Source: Laetmonice hystrix (taxonomy: Eukaryota). Taken from it: a stretch of DNA of 64,000 bases. The notes beneath the pieces were generated by a model. The model did no database searches and was not told where the DNA came from. It saw only the letters and a list, made by a program, of their open reading frames with translations. Position numbers and translations under genes: made by a program. Shown piece by piece: positions 1 to 14,568 of this stretch (position 1 is the first letter of the stretch; each line of letters opens with the position of its first letter). Location: the NCBI GenBank assembly GCA_965235115.1, contig OZ249436.1, forward strand, positions 36,582,001 to 36,646,000. The letters are read 5' to 3'.

Positions 1-3000
1 GCGTTTCCTCGCCTACCTGAAGCAGCATTTCACAAGAGATTTAGCACAGACTGGCTGGAATTGTGAACCTGTCGCTGGTCCTTACCTGCTCCAAGATTCA
101 GAGCTTGGCAGTGCAATATGGCTTACCGGGGCATACCGGTGGGCCCACAGGGGGAAAGAACATCGCATCATGTAGGAGAAACCTATTAGAATCGCAACCT
201 TATCCCTAGTATCAGTCTTCAGTTGTTACAAAGGAAGTGGGTTATCAAACAGTTACTCTTGAGATAAGGCGGCAAGACGAAAATAAAAAGTATGATAGCA
301 GTGATTATGTCAAATAAAAAGTCTAATAGCAGTGATAATGTCAGGGTTATCATTAGGCTCCAAATTCGCTTTTTCTCTGCCTGACGCCGGACTGGATGAG
401 ACACGTACTGCTGTGTCAGTACAAGCAGAACAAGGTCATGATGAAGTACTGTGTCCTGACAGTGCAAACTTCAGATGTACACGATTTTTTTTCAAGTTAA
501 AACAACTGTAAATTTCTGTTTGGCTTTTTTCATCCACTGGCGCGAAGGAACAGTTCAGACAGCTTAGATCTTGAATGAAAATTGGCTGAAGCAGAACGCT
601 CCAATTTCGAAAGTTTGCTCAACAAATGTGATCAGATCCATGGTGAATGTAGCAAGTACATGTAGTTTGCCTGCAGCCTTTTGGCAGCGGCAGGCCTTCA
701 ATGAGCGACCTGATAGCACCTGTGAACGTGGCAGCCAGATTTTATTTGACCCAGGGAGAAGGCGGAGGAGAACAGTGCACACCATCTGTATACTGTAGGT
801 GAGGACCGGGGGCGGTTAGGTTCCAATACGTGCGCACGCTCCTTGCCACGGTAAGATGGAATATCATGTCATGTTCTAGGATTTCATTAGAGGAACAGGA
901 GAGAGTCCCCAGGGACACCTTGCAGTGTCTTGTCACATCATAATCACGTTGAGAACGGGTGACGGTCACAGCAGCAACAACAGCTGCTCTTCACGGGGAA
1001 AATGGCAAGGGGATTGGCTGAGCTTCTACAGTATGTCCAAAAAAAAATGATAGTCTTTAGGTGCGCAATACACTTAGATATTTTAGAGGATTGTCGAATT
1101 TTGAAGTTGAAGTTGAACATAAAGTTTGATCCCCCTAGATAACTCTCAGAAGGTTTGGTGTTGACAGGGTCACGCATTACTGATCACAACCAGTATCTCT
1201 TTTTGACATTCAGACAATGGAACACAGACTATCAATTTTCTGGGGACATACTGTATATTGGCGATTTGGTGAGGTGTTGCTTTATTGTAACATCCATGAG
1301 AAAGTAAGAGGTCAGCAATGGATCTGTGGTTGGAGGCACGGATATCGGGCTAATATGTAATGGACAACATTCCGAGAATCGTTGCCCGGAGAAAAAATGT
1401 CAGAATAAATAGAAGCACCCCTTGTTAGGGACGGTAAGTATTTTCCATAAATCCAGGAAGCCCCGATAGCAATACATTATAGTCAGAGGCTGTTTGGATA
1501 ACGGTGTTTTTTGTGTTTTGTCTGGCAGTAGTGGGCGTGTGGACTATGCTGATAAGTTAGAAGTAAGAACAGATAGGTGCCTAGACTATTTCCATCGTAA
1601 TAGAAAATCAAATCAAATATAATCATTCCGCTTATTTTGTCGGTATTATTAATGATAGACTGTGTGCACCCCTATGGTGAAGAGAAAGAAGTTTGTTAGA
1701 AGCTTCAGTGTTTTAGCCAGATGGACGGAAGGGGTGTGGGTGGGGACCGATGGATGGAAGATAAGGGTGGGCTGATTTATGGCACCTCAATATGTGCTAT
1801 CCCCCATGTGTGGTCCATGTGGATCAGGCCATCTCATGCTATTACCCATGTACAATGCTACTGTCAGCCTCCTCATAAACAAGCTTTCACTGAGCGAGAA
1901 CTTATCTCGCCAAGGGCCAGCCATACTGCATCAGTTTAGACATGTTTTTCTCTGCTTGTGCTCGTGTCAGGTTGAATGTTGATTACAAAAAACCATCTGG
2001 CCACCGCAGACGGAGAAAGAAATATAACATTTGGGTTTGGAGCACAGCTGGTATTGTGGCAAACTGGACAGGACTGTGACTGAGTGAGGAAAATTGTGGT
2101 ATTGATTTTATAGACGGATTTATCACGTTGTTGAAAATGATTAAGCATTTCTGGTCGATGGCTCAATCCTGGAGAAAGTGCTGATGAAATTGGTCCAACC
2201 AATTTCACAATAAGAAGAAAAGAAGCAGCATAAATATTAGGAGGGATTCAGATTGGACATAAGGCGCAATAAAAGGTTGTTATCCTAAGAAAGATACTTT
2301 TTTTTAGGGGGGGGGGTATTATTTTTTGTTCGCAGCTGATGCTTTGTCAACTGCAACCAATTTCAGTAGAATGTTAAAGTGGCTATTCCGACTCAGAGCT
2401 CATCACATCACAGATTTTTTTGTCGTAGTTTGCAGTTTTGTAGTGTAATACATGTAACATGACAAATTAAAAAGAAATAAGCCGGATATTTGGAGTTTCC
2501 ATTACTCAAGAAATTGTATGGATATATTCCTATTCCATATACAGATGGTAGGTCAGGCTGGGTCTTAGCCAGCCAGCTAGGAAAATTATTATTTCTGAGG
2601 TTGATGAAATTGGTAGTCACTCCATAACTCAGTATCCTCATAGGGAACTCCATATTTTAGTTGAATTGTGCGGACTGCTTCAGAACGTGGTAATTGTAGC
2701 TAGTCATTGAGGCTCTCCGTTTTTGTACCTTTCAGCGATTTGCAGCTTGCCAACATCGAGGAGTGCACTATAAACGCCGCACTGGCATTGACTAAGTGCC
2801 ATAGATTTTGTGTGAACCCATGCAGGTTATGTGTGAAGCATTAAAAAAGTGTGAAGTAAGAGGAGTAAATGCTGAGATATTGCCAATATAAACTGACTGG
2901 CAGTTAAACTGTTGCTGACTGTGAGCAGGCGAGCCAGGCAGTCAGGCGGTGGGGGGTGCACAGAGCTGCATGCAGCCAGGCGTATTGCCTCAGATTCCGG

Positions 3001-4913
3001 CCTCCAATTCTGGCCGCCGGCTGCCGTTTCCTCAGTGGAGGTCAGCAGTGCCAATGACAAATCCTAGATTGAATTTCGGGTTATTTAACTGGTAGTTGAA
3101 CAGTTTAGTAGAAGCGCTGATGGGGGTTGCAGACCTGAGATGCGTGCCCCAAGTGGCTGTCAGGGGCAGATATACAAGGCAAGGCGCCAGGCTCCAACCC
3201 CTCAGGCCCGCCTGTAGTTATTGCCAGTCATCCCCAGGAGGTACGTATGTCTGACTCCTGGGCCTGTATCAGACCCTCCTGGAACGCTGAACCTCCAGCT
3301 CGCCCATACAGCCAATCCTCCTCTGGTCTTATCCTGTTACTGTAGACGAGTCTGCCTATTTGCACCCTTTTAAAGACAAAACCTTGCATGCTTCAGAAGT
3401 CTTTTTTCAGGACGATAGGAATACATAGTGACACGTACGAAGTAAGCGAGGAGAGCTGCTGACAATAGAATTTCAACAGCGTGCCCACAGGCAAGCTACG
3501 TTCACAAATTTACCACAACTGTCCCTGTTCACTAAACATTTTTACCGTAATTAAGCTGTCGATGAGTTTGTAATTTACAAAGGAAAAATTAAATGCCCCA
3601 TCAGTGAAGCAGAAATACCGGTAAATACTGTAAATTTATCGTGTCAGAAGATTGACTCTTTTGCACCAACCCTTTAAAACAACATAGAAGAAGCTCCAGT
3701 GGCTAGGATTCGCCCGTTGAGGGTGTGCGGTCCCCAGACACCAGGTTCACCATACATAGGATGACTGTTCCCGGTGTACAGAACACTTAGTTGTTTTTCC
3801 TGGTTAGCCAATTTCATCAAGATGCTGTACCACATAGAAATATGAAGCTTCTCTACTTGAGCTTCAGAAGCTCTCACAAACAAGCTTCTCATGTATCGGT
3901 GGGAAAAATCCGATTTGTCATCTCATATTGGATCGATGGAAAAGATAATGGTAAAAAGATATGAGCTGATTAATTCGAGGTGGCAGGATTAATGATCGAC
4001 AGCAGTTTGGGTAACTGATGAGATGTGAAATGCCAGGAGTGTCAGGGGAGAGTGTCGGTTAGTAGTAAACCCAACCCACCCACAGTCCTCATCTCGTCTG
4101 CTCGCGGCACATTTCAATAAATAGCTCGCAGCTCCTGTTGCAGTGACAATAAGCAGAACAATTTCAAACACCATATTTGATGTTGGAGTTTGGTCCACTG
4201 TGGCATTAATAAGTTGTTTTTTCATTTGTTGAAGATGAGGTTACAGGTAGGATATCATCTGACATGAGCCGGGGGGGGGGGGGAGAAAGCTGCTTTGGGT
4301 AAAAATGCTTTCAGTTACTTTTTTTTAGATGCACGGGCATCAGGTGTAACACAGTTACTTTCAGAATATACAAAAATAGAAATGTTGTCTAGTCCTCTAA
4401 TGGAATTGAACCCCAGCCCCAAGATTACTACACCCATTCGCGTAGCATAAGTTATCAACGCCCATGCCCACTCGGCCACCGCCACTTCCCTACAAAGAAA
4501 GATTTGGGGGTCGAGCAGGTCAATGTACCCTCCCCCTACACACATCTTCCCAGATGAGACGGTATCCATGATTTCCTCGATAGAGCTACACATGATTTCT
4601 ACGGAACATTCCTCATTATGGCACTGGCTAATTATGTGAATTTTTTTAACATGAACGGGCATCACGCGTAACCCAGTTACTTTCAGAATATCCGGAAAGA
4701 GAAAAGTTTTATAGTCAGTCCTAACCTCAGGGCGAGAATATATTTCGAACTTGTTCCATAAGAACCTGTTATTTCTCAAAGACTCAGGGGTCTTTTATGT
4801 GCTTTGAAGAATTAAGGCGCTCCAGATAAATATAAAGTTGGAAACAATATTTACAGGAAATGTGAAGCGACATGGAGGCATCATTTACATTTTTCTTTGA
4901 TGTATATTTGCAG

Positions 4914-5003
4914 GTGAAATGGTTGGAGCAGCAGATTGTTAAAAAACGTGTGAAACGTGATAATATGTTCAACGACCCGATGTGGCCGAGAATGTGGTAC
5001 CTG
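4914..5003 (+). CDS. FURIN: Furin-like convertase exon: end of prodomain with RVKR autocleavage site and start of catalytic domain
   Basis: Acceptor tttgcag ends at 4913 and donor CTG|gtaagt starts at 5004. The 90 nt encode VKWLEQQIVKKRVKRDNMFNDPMWPRMWYL, with the WLEQQ..KR.KR and DP.W..MWYL motifs of furin. RVKR is at 4947-4958. Confidence 0.95.
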
Positions 5004-8000
5004 GTAAGTAAAACTGTCTTTATAGACTTACTACTACATCTAACAAAATTCTTATGTTGATCGCCGAGATTTTTGTGATAACATTGGAATTGATCTGTTT
5101 AATATCTTGCAATGTCATTTAGTGAATAGTATGGAAAGAGCATAGCTGTTTAGGCAATATTTCTTGGCATAATTAAAAGCAAAGAAGAGGAAAGGAACTT
5201 GAAAATTTCAATGAATGAGAAATATTTCTATTATATTTCACGAAATCCAGGCGACAATAAAAGCTGTATGTTCCCAATAGAAAACGTCTAGACCTGTGTG
5301 AGATGAACATCCCTAGAAATGTAGATTTATATTTAGAAGAAGACGTCAAGGCAACCTTTCGTAGACATTTGTCTGACACTGTAAATTGGTAGGGTGAATT
5401 GACGGTATTAAAAGGATCAACCAAATACTAGCCAATAGTAATGCTGATGAAAACCTAGCATGGTCTGAGAGGAGTGTTGACAGATTGAGTGAGCGATAGT
5501 ACACCAGCAGGAGTTGGGCCCTGTGGGATATTAGCGTGATGTCTCAGTGTCCAAAGGCCATGTCCACTGTAGTTGTCTCCTCACCCATCCGTCGGTTCCT
5601 GTGACGAACACACCTCGTATTGTGTCTCCTCGTCTCCCCACATCCTGACTGCACCGCCACCTCCCATCGAGGAGTTCTCAGTTGGAAGTTGATAATGTCT
5701 GCATAGAATACTGTATGTAATGGTCTTCTGGAGCTAGGAATGGCACAGCATGTAATAGAAAGTTGTGAGCCTGTGTGTGATTCATTTTAGATGGTTAAAT
5801 GGCTCCTCTGAGTGATATCTGTCTGCCGGGGCCCGGTATTGTGTTGGTGATTACAACCCTCAGGCGCCTATTAAAAGCGGCAGCTGCCCTACAAGTTTCT
5901 TCAATATTTAATCAAATACCTGATGCTGTCATTCTAATAGGCCTTTTCATTATGACGCTGGAGACTGAACTGAAATTAGGAGACATTTCCGGAGCATTTC
6001 CTGAACCGTTCCTGCAAATTTACACCATGATGGAACTTTTGGGGAATTTTGAAAATTTCACGGAGGATTTATTCATGTTTTGTGTGAGAAGGGAAGGTGG
6101 CGCAGATTTCGTGCCATAACGGTTTTAGTCATGAGGAGTCAAACGCACAAAGTTCAAGGGTAAGGTTATTTCCATACAACCGGTGCCACGTATAATTACG
6201 CTGGTAGAATGAGGACAGTGTGTAACAGCTTGTTTAGGCTCCGATAGCATATTTTACAGTAGCAAAAAATAATCTTTACCAATCTGTACATATAGCTTTA
6301 CAGCCTGAATTATTTTAATATGGTATATCTGCTAGTTGTGTGAATCCAAGAAACTGAAACAATTAACTTGCCTTAAAATTACCAGTAATAAGGTAAGCAG
6401 GTTGCTGGGCGTAGCAATTTTTTAAACTAACCCTTTTTCTGAAAACTGCATATCACTGAGAAATGTGTTGGAAAAAATTTTATAGACAGATCGACATTTC
6501 GGTACGAACCGTCACAGATCGCCATGCACAGGGAAGGCCGGATACAGGTTGGTGTATTTACAATGCCACCGGGTTACAGCAGGTGAGCAAGTATTGGTTT
6601 TTCTGTTAGGAAACCAGTTATGGTGCGCTGACGCCACCACCCAGAACGAGATACGGAGATAAAGGTAGGGTTATTAGACGTCGGCCTGGAGGGTGCATGC
6701 CCACACCTGACAAACGTCCGCTGGTGTGATGTTTGGTCGAGGCTACGATCGTTTGGAGGTGTCAACTGTTAGGGGATCTCTACTCGCCGGGTCGGTCGGT
6801 GCAAACACACCAAGAACATTCACCACAGAAACCCTATTGCACCTGTGTTTACTTGCATGGTAATCTGCTTCAACGTTAAACACACAATTTCTCATCCCTG
6901 TTGATCCTGACAAGAAATCTGACAATAAACCCTGACAGGCGTCTTTTCATGAAGGAGAATCGGATGTTGTATTGGTGTAAACTACTACACGGGTGATGAC
7001 TTCGCACCTTAGGAAGGATCCTGGGGCACTTGGCCTTGAACTGGTTTCGTCTCTGAGTGTTTGGTCTGAGTGAGTCATTAGAAGCCTCACGCGGGTGGAA
7101 CCGAATCAAAGGCGACCTAAAGTGCTATCAAGATAGAGAATGGTCCAGATCGATGAAGTATCGTACGGTCTAAATTAGATAAGTGTGACCCTCTACGTCA
7201 CGAGCGGCCAGCCGATATCAAGGCGAAATTGTTAAAATATGTTTCGCATAGTGAACAGTTTTGTATTAAAAAACGTCTACGTGATGAAGAGATCAGGAGA
7301 TTTGCCTGGCTGGTCACGTTGATGTCCTGGTCATTGTGAGAAATCTCAGTGTCAGTAAGACTAAGAGCGCGGGTGATGACAGGACAGGAGGACAGGCAGT
7401 GCCGTGGACGTTATGCTGCCCGTCCACCACACGCCTTGGGCTTTGGGAGATCTAAACGTGCCATATGACTGCTTCTATTAGGTTTAGAGGCGGCGGTGGC
7501 AGTTAATTCACTTGGTCGTGATGGATGGCTGGTGACGACGGATGTCTCGATGACTGGTTCCCGTTCCTTGTCTCCGTGACCGTTTGCCAGCGGTGCCCCA
7601 ACCCGGCGGGCGGGAACGCGGAGAGATTATGGCACGCCCACTGCCTCATATGGCCACTCTGCCCGCCAGCGGCATCATGTAGCAGGCACCACAGGTCCAT
7701 CACATGGCGATGGAAGAAGATCAATTCATCACTAGGATGGTGAATAAAAGATGGGGCGGGGAGTGGAGAGTTGGCATCACTGTGTCAGGGACAGCAGGTC
7801 AAGTTTAGTCTCTGGTGTCGGTAGGAGCACAGATCAATCAGAGAACCCACAGTGGTCCAGGCAGACGTCGACACGGGCAGAGTGTCGGTGAACAAGTCAG
7901 ACTGGCCCCCTCCCAACAACGACTGGCTTTAATGTCCACCTCACTGATTGTTCTTATCCCATAACTAGGCCACTGAGGAAAGTCAGCAACTCTTGAACTT

Positions 8001-11000
8001 TTAGTTTCTGGAACGTTCAGAAAACTGTTTATGAGAGAAAGAATTTTAAACATTTATTAAATGAACAGTGCTTAGAGTTCCCCCCGCCCAACAGACAGAA
8101 TCGTGATTAACAATTTCCAGGAAGTGTTGGGAGAACTGCGATTGAAATATATATGTCGTTGACCTCCAGAGCAGGTTACACAGACAGCCCCAGTGGGAGT
8201 CAGTTCCCTGAATCCGTGAAGGCAGGAGGCAGTTTGTGGTGCCGAGTATCTGAGCTATAAACATGAGAGAGGACTATTGGAATTGCCGCCCGAGTTCCCG
8301 TAAAAAGGGCGCCGCGATTGTCCAGAGTGGCGGGTTGATCTTGAGTAGCGGCGGTGTGAGAGCGGGCGGGTGGGTGGGCGGCCAGCAGCAACACTTGCCC
8401 GCATCCAGACCAATGATACATCGGGCCTGATTGGGTCGGACCCGTGCTCGTTGGTCGGACCAGTGATAGACCGTCAACACTGCAAGGCACACGATTGTAC
8501 CGCAGGCGGATCAATAGCGCGGTCACCAGCCGGCATATTTAGGGTAGCCACCGAAGATTAGTTTATCCCTGATGACATGCGGCCTGCATTAGAGCAGGCA
8601 ACTCTTGTAGAGTGCGGTCACCTCTGCTTAACGTCATTGTCATCAGCAGCAGCAATGCTCATGCTGAGAGACAGCTGTGAATAATTCTCACACTTCCTCC
8701 AAAGTTCAGCTCTGCCTCGAATGACTCGGTGAACCGAATGTAAGCCATGGTTTTCATTAACCAAGTATTTCAAGAAATGTTTTGCTGATATGGTGTAAAG
8801 ATGAAGCTTGGTATAGATTGCAGTATAAGATATAGTATACAGTATAACGTAAATCAGTGTCGGTCGCCTAGGTTTTTATGTGTTCCCTTCTACGAAATTG
8901 AGTGCAATTGCGTCGGCTTTGTCCTAGCTTGACGTATGTCGTCATAAAAGAGCGAAAAGCACTCAAAACTACACCCATAAGAGTAACCCCGGAAAAGACT
9001 AATTAAATTCAGAAGGCGTTTGAAGGCGATTGCACTCTGCATTGGAATTCTAGAATTAGTCCAGAAACTTAGCTGTGTCTAATTTGGTTTCCAGAAATTA
9101 AGGCCGGGAATGAGCTGTTATAAGTCCCATTCTTATATTGATGGAGTCTCAGTGGTGGCAGGGTGAGGCATGAATTGCCTCAGACATCCTACGGCAGAGA
9201 ACATAGTATGTTCAACACAGACCATCAATGATTTCACATGGACACATATTCTTCTTGTTGGCCGGGTTCAATATAAGCCTTGCATAGAACCGGTGGTAAT
9301 GTAACGAGATACGTTCATGTTGCTCTTGATAATGCATCCTTCTAAAGCCTCCTGGAGGCTCCTCTTTGAGTTACACGGGGTATTGTCAGTTTTAGCGCCC
9401 TGCAAGATCTCACAATAATGCGAAAGCAATGATGCGTGGTTGGCATTCAGTAAAAATCCCGGGGATCTGTCTCTTCTGTGATTGATATAATTCCCTTAAA
9501 TATAGACGCACACATAGAAGGAAGCTGGTATTGAATGCCATGCTTTAACTGTGCGGGTTTATGAGACTTTAGAAAGTTCACTGCTGTTCTGGGCGCGACT
9601 GAAAAAGATGGGACAGCTTTTCATTTGTTTCTCTGAAAACCTTTTTCTAAATGACAAGATGGAAGTACGACTACACCAGCGCGTTTTGTCCTGACGTAAT
9701 TGTTAAAGAGCTAGGAGTCGCCTTAAGTAAATCCACGGCAGTTGGAAGAGAAAATAAAACTCGGCAGAAATAAAGTCGTCTTAAAACCGTTGTAAGGACG
9801 TTGACAAGTTCTGCCTGGAGCACTGGGACTCTATGAACAAAGCTCAGTGGACCGTTCTAGAGGAGCAACAATAAGAGAGGACCTGGCATCTTGTTTCACG
9901 TCGGTTCATTGTGCTTTATTCAGCATCCTTGCACACGACAGTGCTAGGTCGAATTCCGAGGCGAACACCTCATCAAGTATACGAGGGGGACCTCCAATAG
10001 ATGACAGGCATCAACTAAATCCCCGGACCTGATCCGTTGGGGGTAGAGGAATCCCTGGTGTTGGATTGGATTCATGATTTGGATGGCCACTGTTCTCTGT
10101 GGCTCTTCAATTGTACTTATTAGTCTGCTTCTTCATTTCAAGTGCTGGCCATTTATTGTAGGATATTCAGTCTATAGATGTGTTGGGTAAACCCAAGTTG
10201 ATTGCAATGGGGGATATGTGTGATATATACCGCTGACGCGGTGTCGTAAAATATAATTGACTGGATCGGTGTTTGCTTGTGTAGTAGGAATACAGAAAGG
10301 AAAGGAGTGTACCGAAGTGCAAGCGGGGAAAAAGAAGCGAAGCCTTATTACATGTAAATGAAACCTCGGTCTCTATCTATGAGAGCGACTCGGTGCCGCT
10401 AGAATTGCTAGCCCCACTTAAATGTTTGAGAATTGCCAGAAGCCTTGGAAGCGGTGTGGCCATGCCGTGCCCCTAACCTAACCTTGACTTTGCGGGGATT
10501 CCTCAACTTGAGGTGCCGACTGCAGGCATGCCGCTGCTTCATAAATCGTGCTCAGGGGTCAGATAGACCTGTAAATTGTGCATCCATTTCCACTTGCTGC
10601 TAGACACCCCATCCCCATTCTATCACCCTCGCCTCGTACATCAGGCCTTCTTACCGCAGTATCTTTCCTTTTTACCGATCTTAATTTCAGGAAACAAAGT
10701 GAGGGGCCATAACCTAATACTAACAAGTTTGGTCGGCGGGAGAAGGCCGGGGGTGGGGGCGGTAGAAAGGGCTTCCTCCACATCAAACCATAGGAAGAAG
10801 AGAGCAGTGGGTGGGGGTTTATAAGAGACCATTTTACAGGTGTGAGGTTTGGGTATTTTGGAGAGGAACATGGTCAGTGGACGGGCTCCTTTCATGCGTA
10901 TAAGCTTTAGTTGTGTTAGGTCGGGAAAGGTTCTCCAGAGAGACCTCGTGGGTAGATACGAGTGGTGCATATAGAGGAGGGAGGCAATGTTAGGAGGGAA

Positions 11001-11969
11001 AGGGCGCCGTAAAGAGATAATGTAGGAGACATGGCATGACATTAGTCTTACTGGTATTCATCTAGGCGTGCACGTACCACAGATTATGATGATTAACATT
11101 GGAGTGCCAGGGGCATGCCAAGACAGGACGGTCATGTCAGCCTCCTAGACCAGAGATAATGAAGACAAGTATAACCCAACGTATGCTGCACCTGCACTCT
11201 CTATAATCAGCGGCTTTCGGCGGGGAGGAGAGAGAAGGCTTTGGTGGCCACTCCTTACGGTTAGTGTGCATCATCAGGAAAATACAGTAGTTTTCTTTTA
11301 AATTTTTGCAAGTTAAATCAGAGTGGATTTGCCACTTCATTAGAAACGTCAACATTAATTTTTGGCAAGAATAATGAAGATGAGCTTGTCTGCATGCATG
11401 ACAGCAATATTATTGTAAAGTTACCAAATTTGAAGTAAAATCCTGAATGAGAAGGGAACTGGCTTCGCGATGGTGTGACTTATTCAAGTAATTGGTAATT
11501 CAACATGCAAAAACAGGAAACTATACTACAGCAACAGAGGCAGCCAGGCTGTTATTGTCTGAGATATGCTACATTCATTTCCGGTGCGGCGTCCCTGCAT
11601 TCATTAGGGCAGGATTTGGCTGTAAGCGTCTCTTTTGGCTCTCCGTAACTCATCTAGCCGTCTGCCATGCAAGGTCAGTTCAAATAGGCAAATCACCCTT
11701 TGGTGTGCAGGCATTAGATGCACCAGTTTGCCGTATCAGTTGATGACAGGAGAAACTGTTTTTGGAAATATGGTTTTATGTCGTTCTTATATAGCAATTG
11801 TAATTAAGGAAACGCTGTGCCGCATCATGGCGTGTTTGTGCCGGTGGAGCGAGCGAAGTGAGAAACTAGCTTCTCTCTTACAAACATTTTGAATTTTATA
11901 ATGTTGGAAGGCCTGGGTAGTGTCGAGACGTTATTCAAGTGGTCGAGGTCATTAGGAAGATTCGGAGAG

Positions 11970-12150
11970 CAGGGGCGGATCTAGGGTCTATTTTCAGGGG
12001 GGGGTCCGGCATAAAAAGGGCAAATCGAGGGGGGGGGGGGGTCCGTTGTAAAATCAATAAGGCATTTTGGTTATAAAAAATTAAATTTGGCTAATCTGAG
12101 GGGGGGGGGGGGTCCGGACGTCGCCGACACCCCCCCTGGATCCGCCACTG
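11970..12150. mobile_element. 181-bp MITE / non-autonomous DNA transposon (CAG-ended TIR, 5-bp TSD)
   Basis: Left end caggggcggatctaggg matches the reverse complement of the right end, cagtggcggatccaggg, at 15/17 positions. GAGAG flanks both sides (11965-11969 and 12151-12155). The interior has G-runs and no coding capacity. Confidence 0.75.
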
Positions 12151-12319
12151 GAGAGACACTGAGGAGGGTGGGTGTTGGGGAGGCGAGATCGAAATCTGTC
12201 TGGCTGGGTGTCCGGACATCTCCGAATGTGTTGGCAGAGACGCTGGTTGGAGCATAAGGAGGGCGGTGAGAAGCTCAGGTCTGACCTGATCTGTGATGGT
12301 GGCCGGAGTGGTCAGACGG

Positions 12320-13570
12320 GGTCAGGTTTTGGCTGAGGTCACACCGGTCAGGGTCAGATATTGACTGAGGTCACAGACTCACACCGGTCAGGGTCAGATA
12401 TCGATTGAGGTCACACCGGACAGTCGGGTATTGGCTGAGATCACTCTGGACAGAGTCAGGTGTTGGCTGAGGTCACATCAGTCAGGGGTTGGCTGAGGTC
12501 ACACCAGACAGAGACAGGTATTGGCTGAGGTCACTCTGTACAGAGCCAGGTATTGGCTGAGGTCACTGGACAGAGTCAGATGTCACTCTGGACAGTGTTG
12601 GCTGAGGTCACACCGGTCAGGGTCAGGTATTGGCTGAGGTCACAGAGTCACACCTGTTAGAGTCAGATATCGATTGAGGTCACCCTGGTCACAGTCAGGT
12701 ATTGGCTGAGGTCACTCTGGACAGGGTCAGGTATTGGCCCAATTTGGCTGAGGTCACACCGGAGTCAGGTATTGGCTGAGGTCACTCTGGACAGAGTCAG
12801 GTGTTGGCTGAGGTCACTCTGGACAGAGTCAGGTGTTGGCTGAGGTCACACAGAACAGAGTCAGGTATTGGCTGAGGTCACACCAGACAGAGTCAGTTAT
12901 TGGCTGAGGTCACTCTGGACAGAGTCAGGTGTTGACTGAGGTCACACCGAACAGAGTCAGGTATTGGCTGAGGTCACTCTGGACAGAGTCAGGTGTTGGC
13001 TGAGGTCACACCGAACAGAGTCAGGTATTGGCTGAGGTCACTCTGGACAGAGTCAGGTGTTGGCTGAGGTCACACCGAACAGAGTCAGGTATTGGCTGAG
13101 GTCACTCTGGACAGAGTCAGGTGTTGGCTGAGGTCACACCGAACAGAGTCAGGTATTGGCTGAGGTCACACCAGACAGAGTCAGGTATTGGCTGAGGTCA
13201 CACCGAACAGAGTCAGGTGTTGGCTGAGGTCACTCTGGACAGAGTCAGGTGTTGGCTGAGGTCACACCGAACAAAGTCAGGTATTGGCTGAGGTCACTCG
13301 GGACAGAGTCAGGTGTTGGCTGAGGTCACACCGAACAGAGTCAGGTATTGGCTGAGGTCACACCAGACAGAGTCAGGTATTGGCTGAGGTCACACTAGAC
13401 AGAGTCAGGTGTTGGCTGAGAGCACAACGGTCAGGGTCAGGTATTGGCTGAGGTCACACCAGACAGAGTCAGGTATTGGCTGAGGTCACTCTGGACAGAG
13501 TCAGGTGTTGGCTGAGAGCACAACGGTCAGGGTCAGGTATTGGCTGAGGTCATACCAGACGGAGTCAGGT
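12320..13570. repeat. Minisatellite with 32-bp unit (ttggctgaggtcactctggacagagtcaggtg and variants); degenerate copies continue to ~13915
   Basis: Tandem periodicity read directly. In the central part two variants (ctctgg and caccga) alternate. Confidence 0.95.
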
Positions 13571-14568
13571 ATAGAGGTTATCAGTGACGTCATTTTGAAG
13601 GGAAACAGCATGGTTATGTTTATGTGCATGGCCATTGGCGGAGTCGGGTCACGGTTCATTGGCTTCTATTGTCATCGCCTATTTATAAATGTACCTCGGT
13701 TTGTTGTCCCTCCAAAATACAATTGGCTGAGATCAAAGAGTCGGTGTTGTCTGATCTCGGACCAGATTGGGTCGGTTTTGGCTGAATTCAGACCAGACAG
13801 GGTCAGGTTTTGGCAGGTCAAATGCCATATCAAAGGGTCGGTTTGGGCTGAGGTCACAATATCGGTGTTGGCTAGGTCACATCAGACCTGGTGACTTATT
13901 GGCCCAGGTCAGACTGGGAGATCACTTGCCCTGCACAGAAATCCTGGCTGCAGGCCTAAGTGAAACGTTTCGACGGAGTTCAGGACCACAGTTTGTGAGG
14001 AACGACTGTTGATCGCACCATCAGTTTTAACTAGGCTAACAGCTTTATCAAGCCGGATGACGAATAGGGCTTTGTTTTCGTCCTACAGGATGTAGCGGCG
14101 CGAGTAAACATGCAGTCTTTGTGTGGGAACCGTTCACTGTGTGGCATGTACCGGTAACAGTGTGCTGATAGCAGGGAGAGCGGAAGGAAGGCCGACACCG
14201 TCAGTACTCTGACTAGCAGTTTAGATAAGAATGGTGTTGGCTCAGACCTACTCTGTCAGAGTAACACCTTATTATGTCAGGCCGTTCTGGCCTAAAACGT
14301 TGTGAACATCGGTATGTGAATACTTTTCCGACATTGGCCACTTTGTGTTTTAACACATCATGTTCGCAGCTAGATATGATTGGTGAAACTGGAAACAGCT
14401 GTAATTGCTCTTGCTCATCGAGCCAACAGAATAAAACTGAAAATTGGACCCCTTGGAATGATGCATACTATGAGACTTAGGCATTCAATCAATATTAAAA
14501 AAAATATGTAATGTCTTAGTCATTCGCCGGAATAAAGAAAGGTGCCGTGAGTAGAGTTAGTGTCGTCT

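Noticed and set aside
2736..2795. Acceptor-like tttttgtacctttcag followed by RFAACQHRGVHYKRRTGID, loosely resembling the furin prodomain HRGV.KRS segment
   Set aside because: It runs into a TAA with no donor and lacks the YHF motif. The preceding prodomain exon was not found in 1-4913.
4315..4779. 154-aa minus-strand ORF
   Set aside because: No recognisable domain or splice context, antisense within an intron, and of a length compatible with chance.
14072..14160. Strong-looking acceptor ttgttttcgtcctacag ending at 14088
   Set aside because: Only weak downstream donors (gtaaac, gtaaca) and no furin-like peptide.
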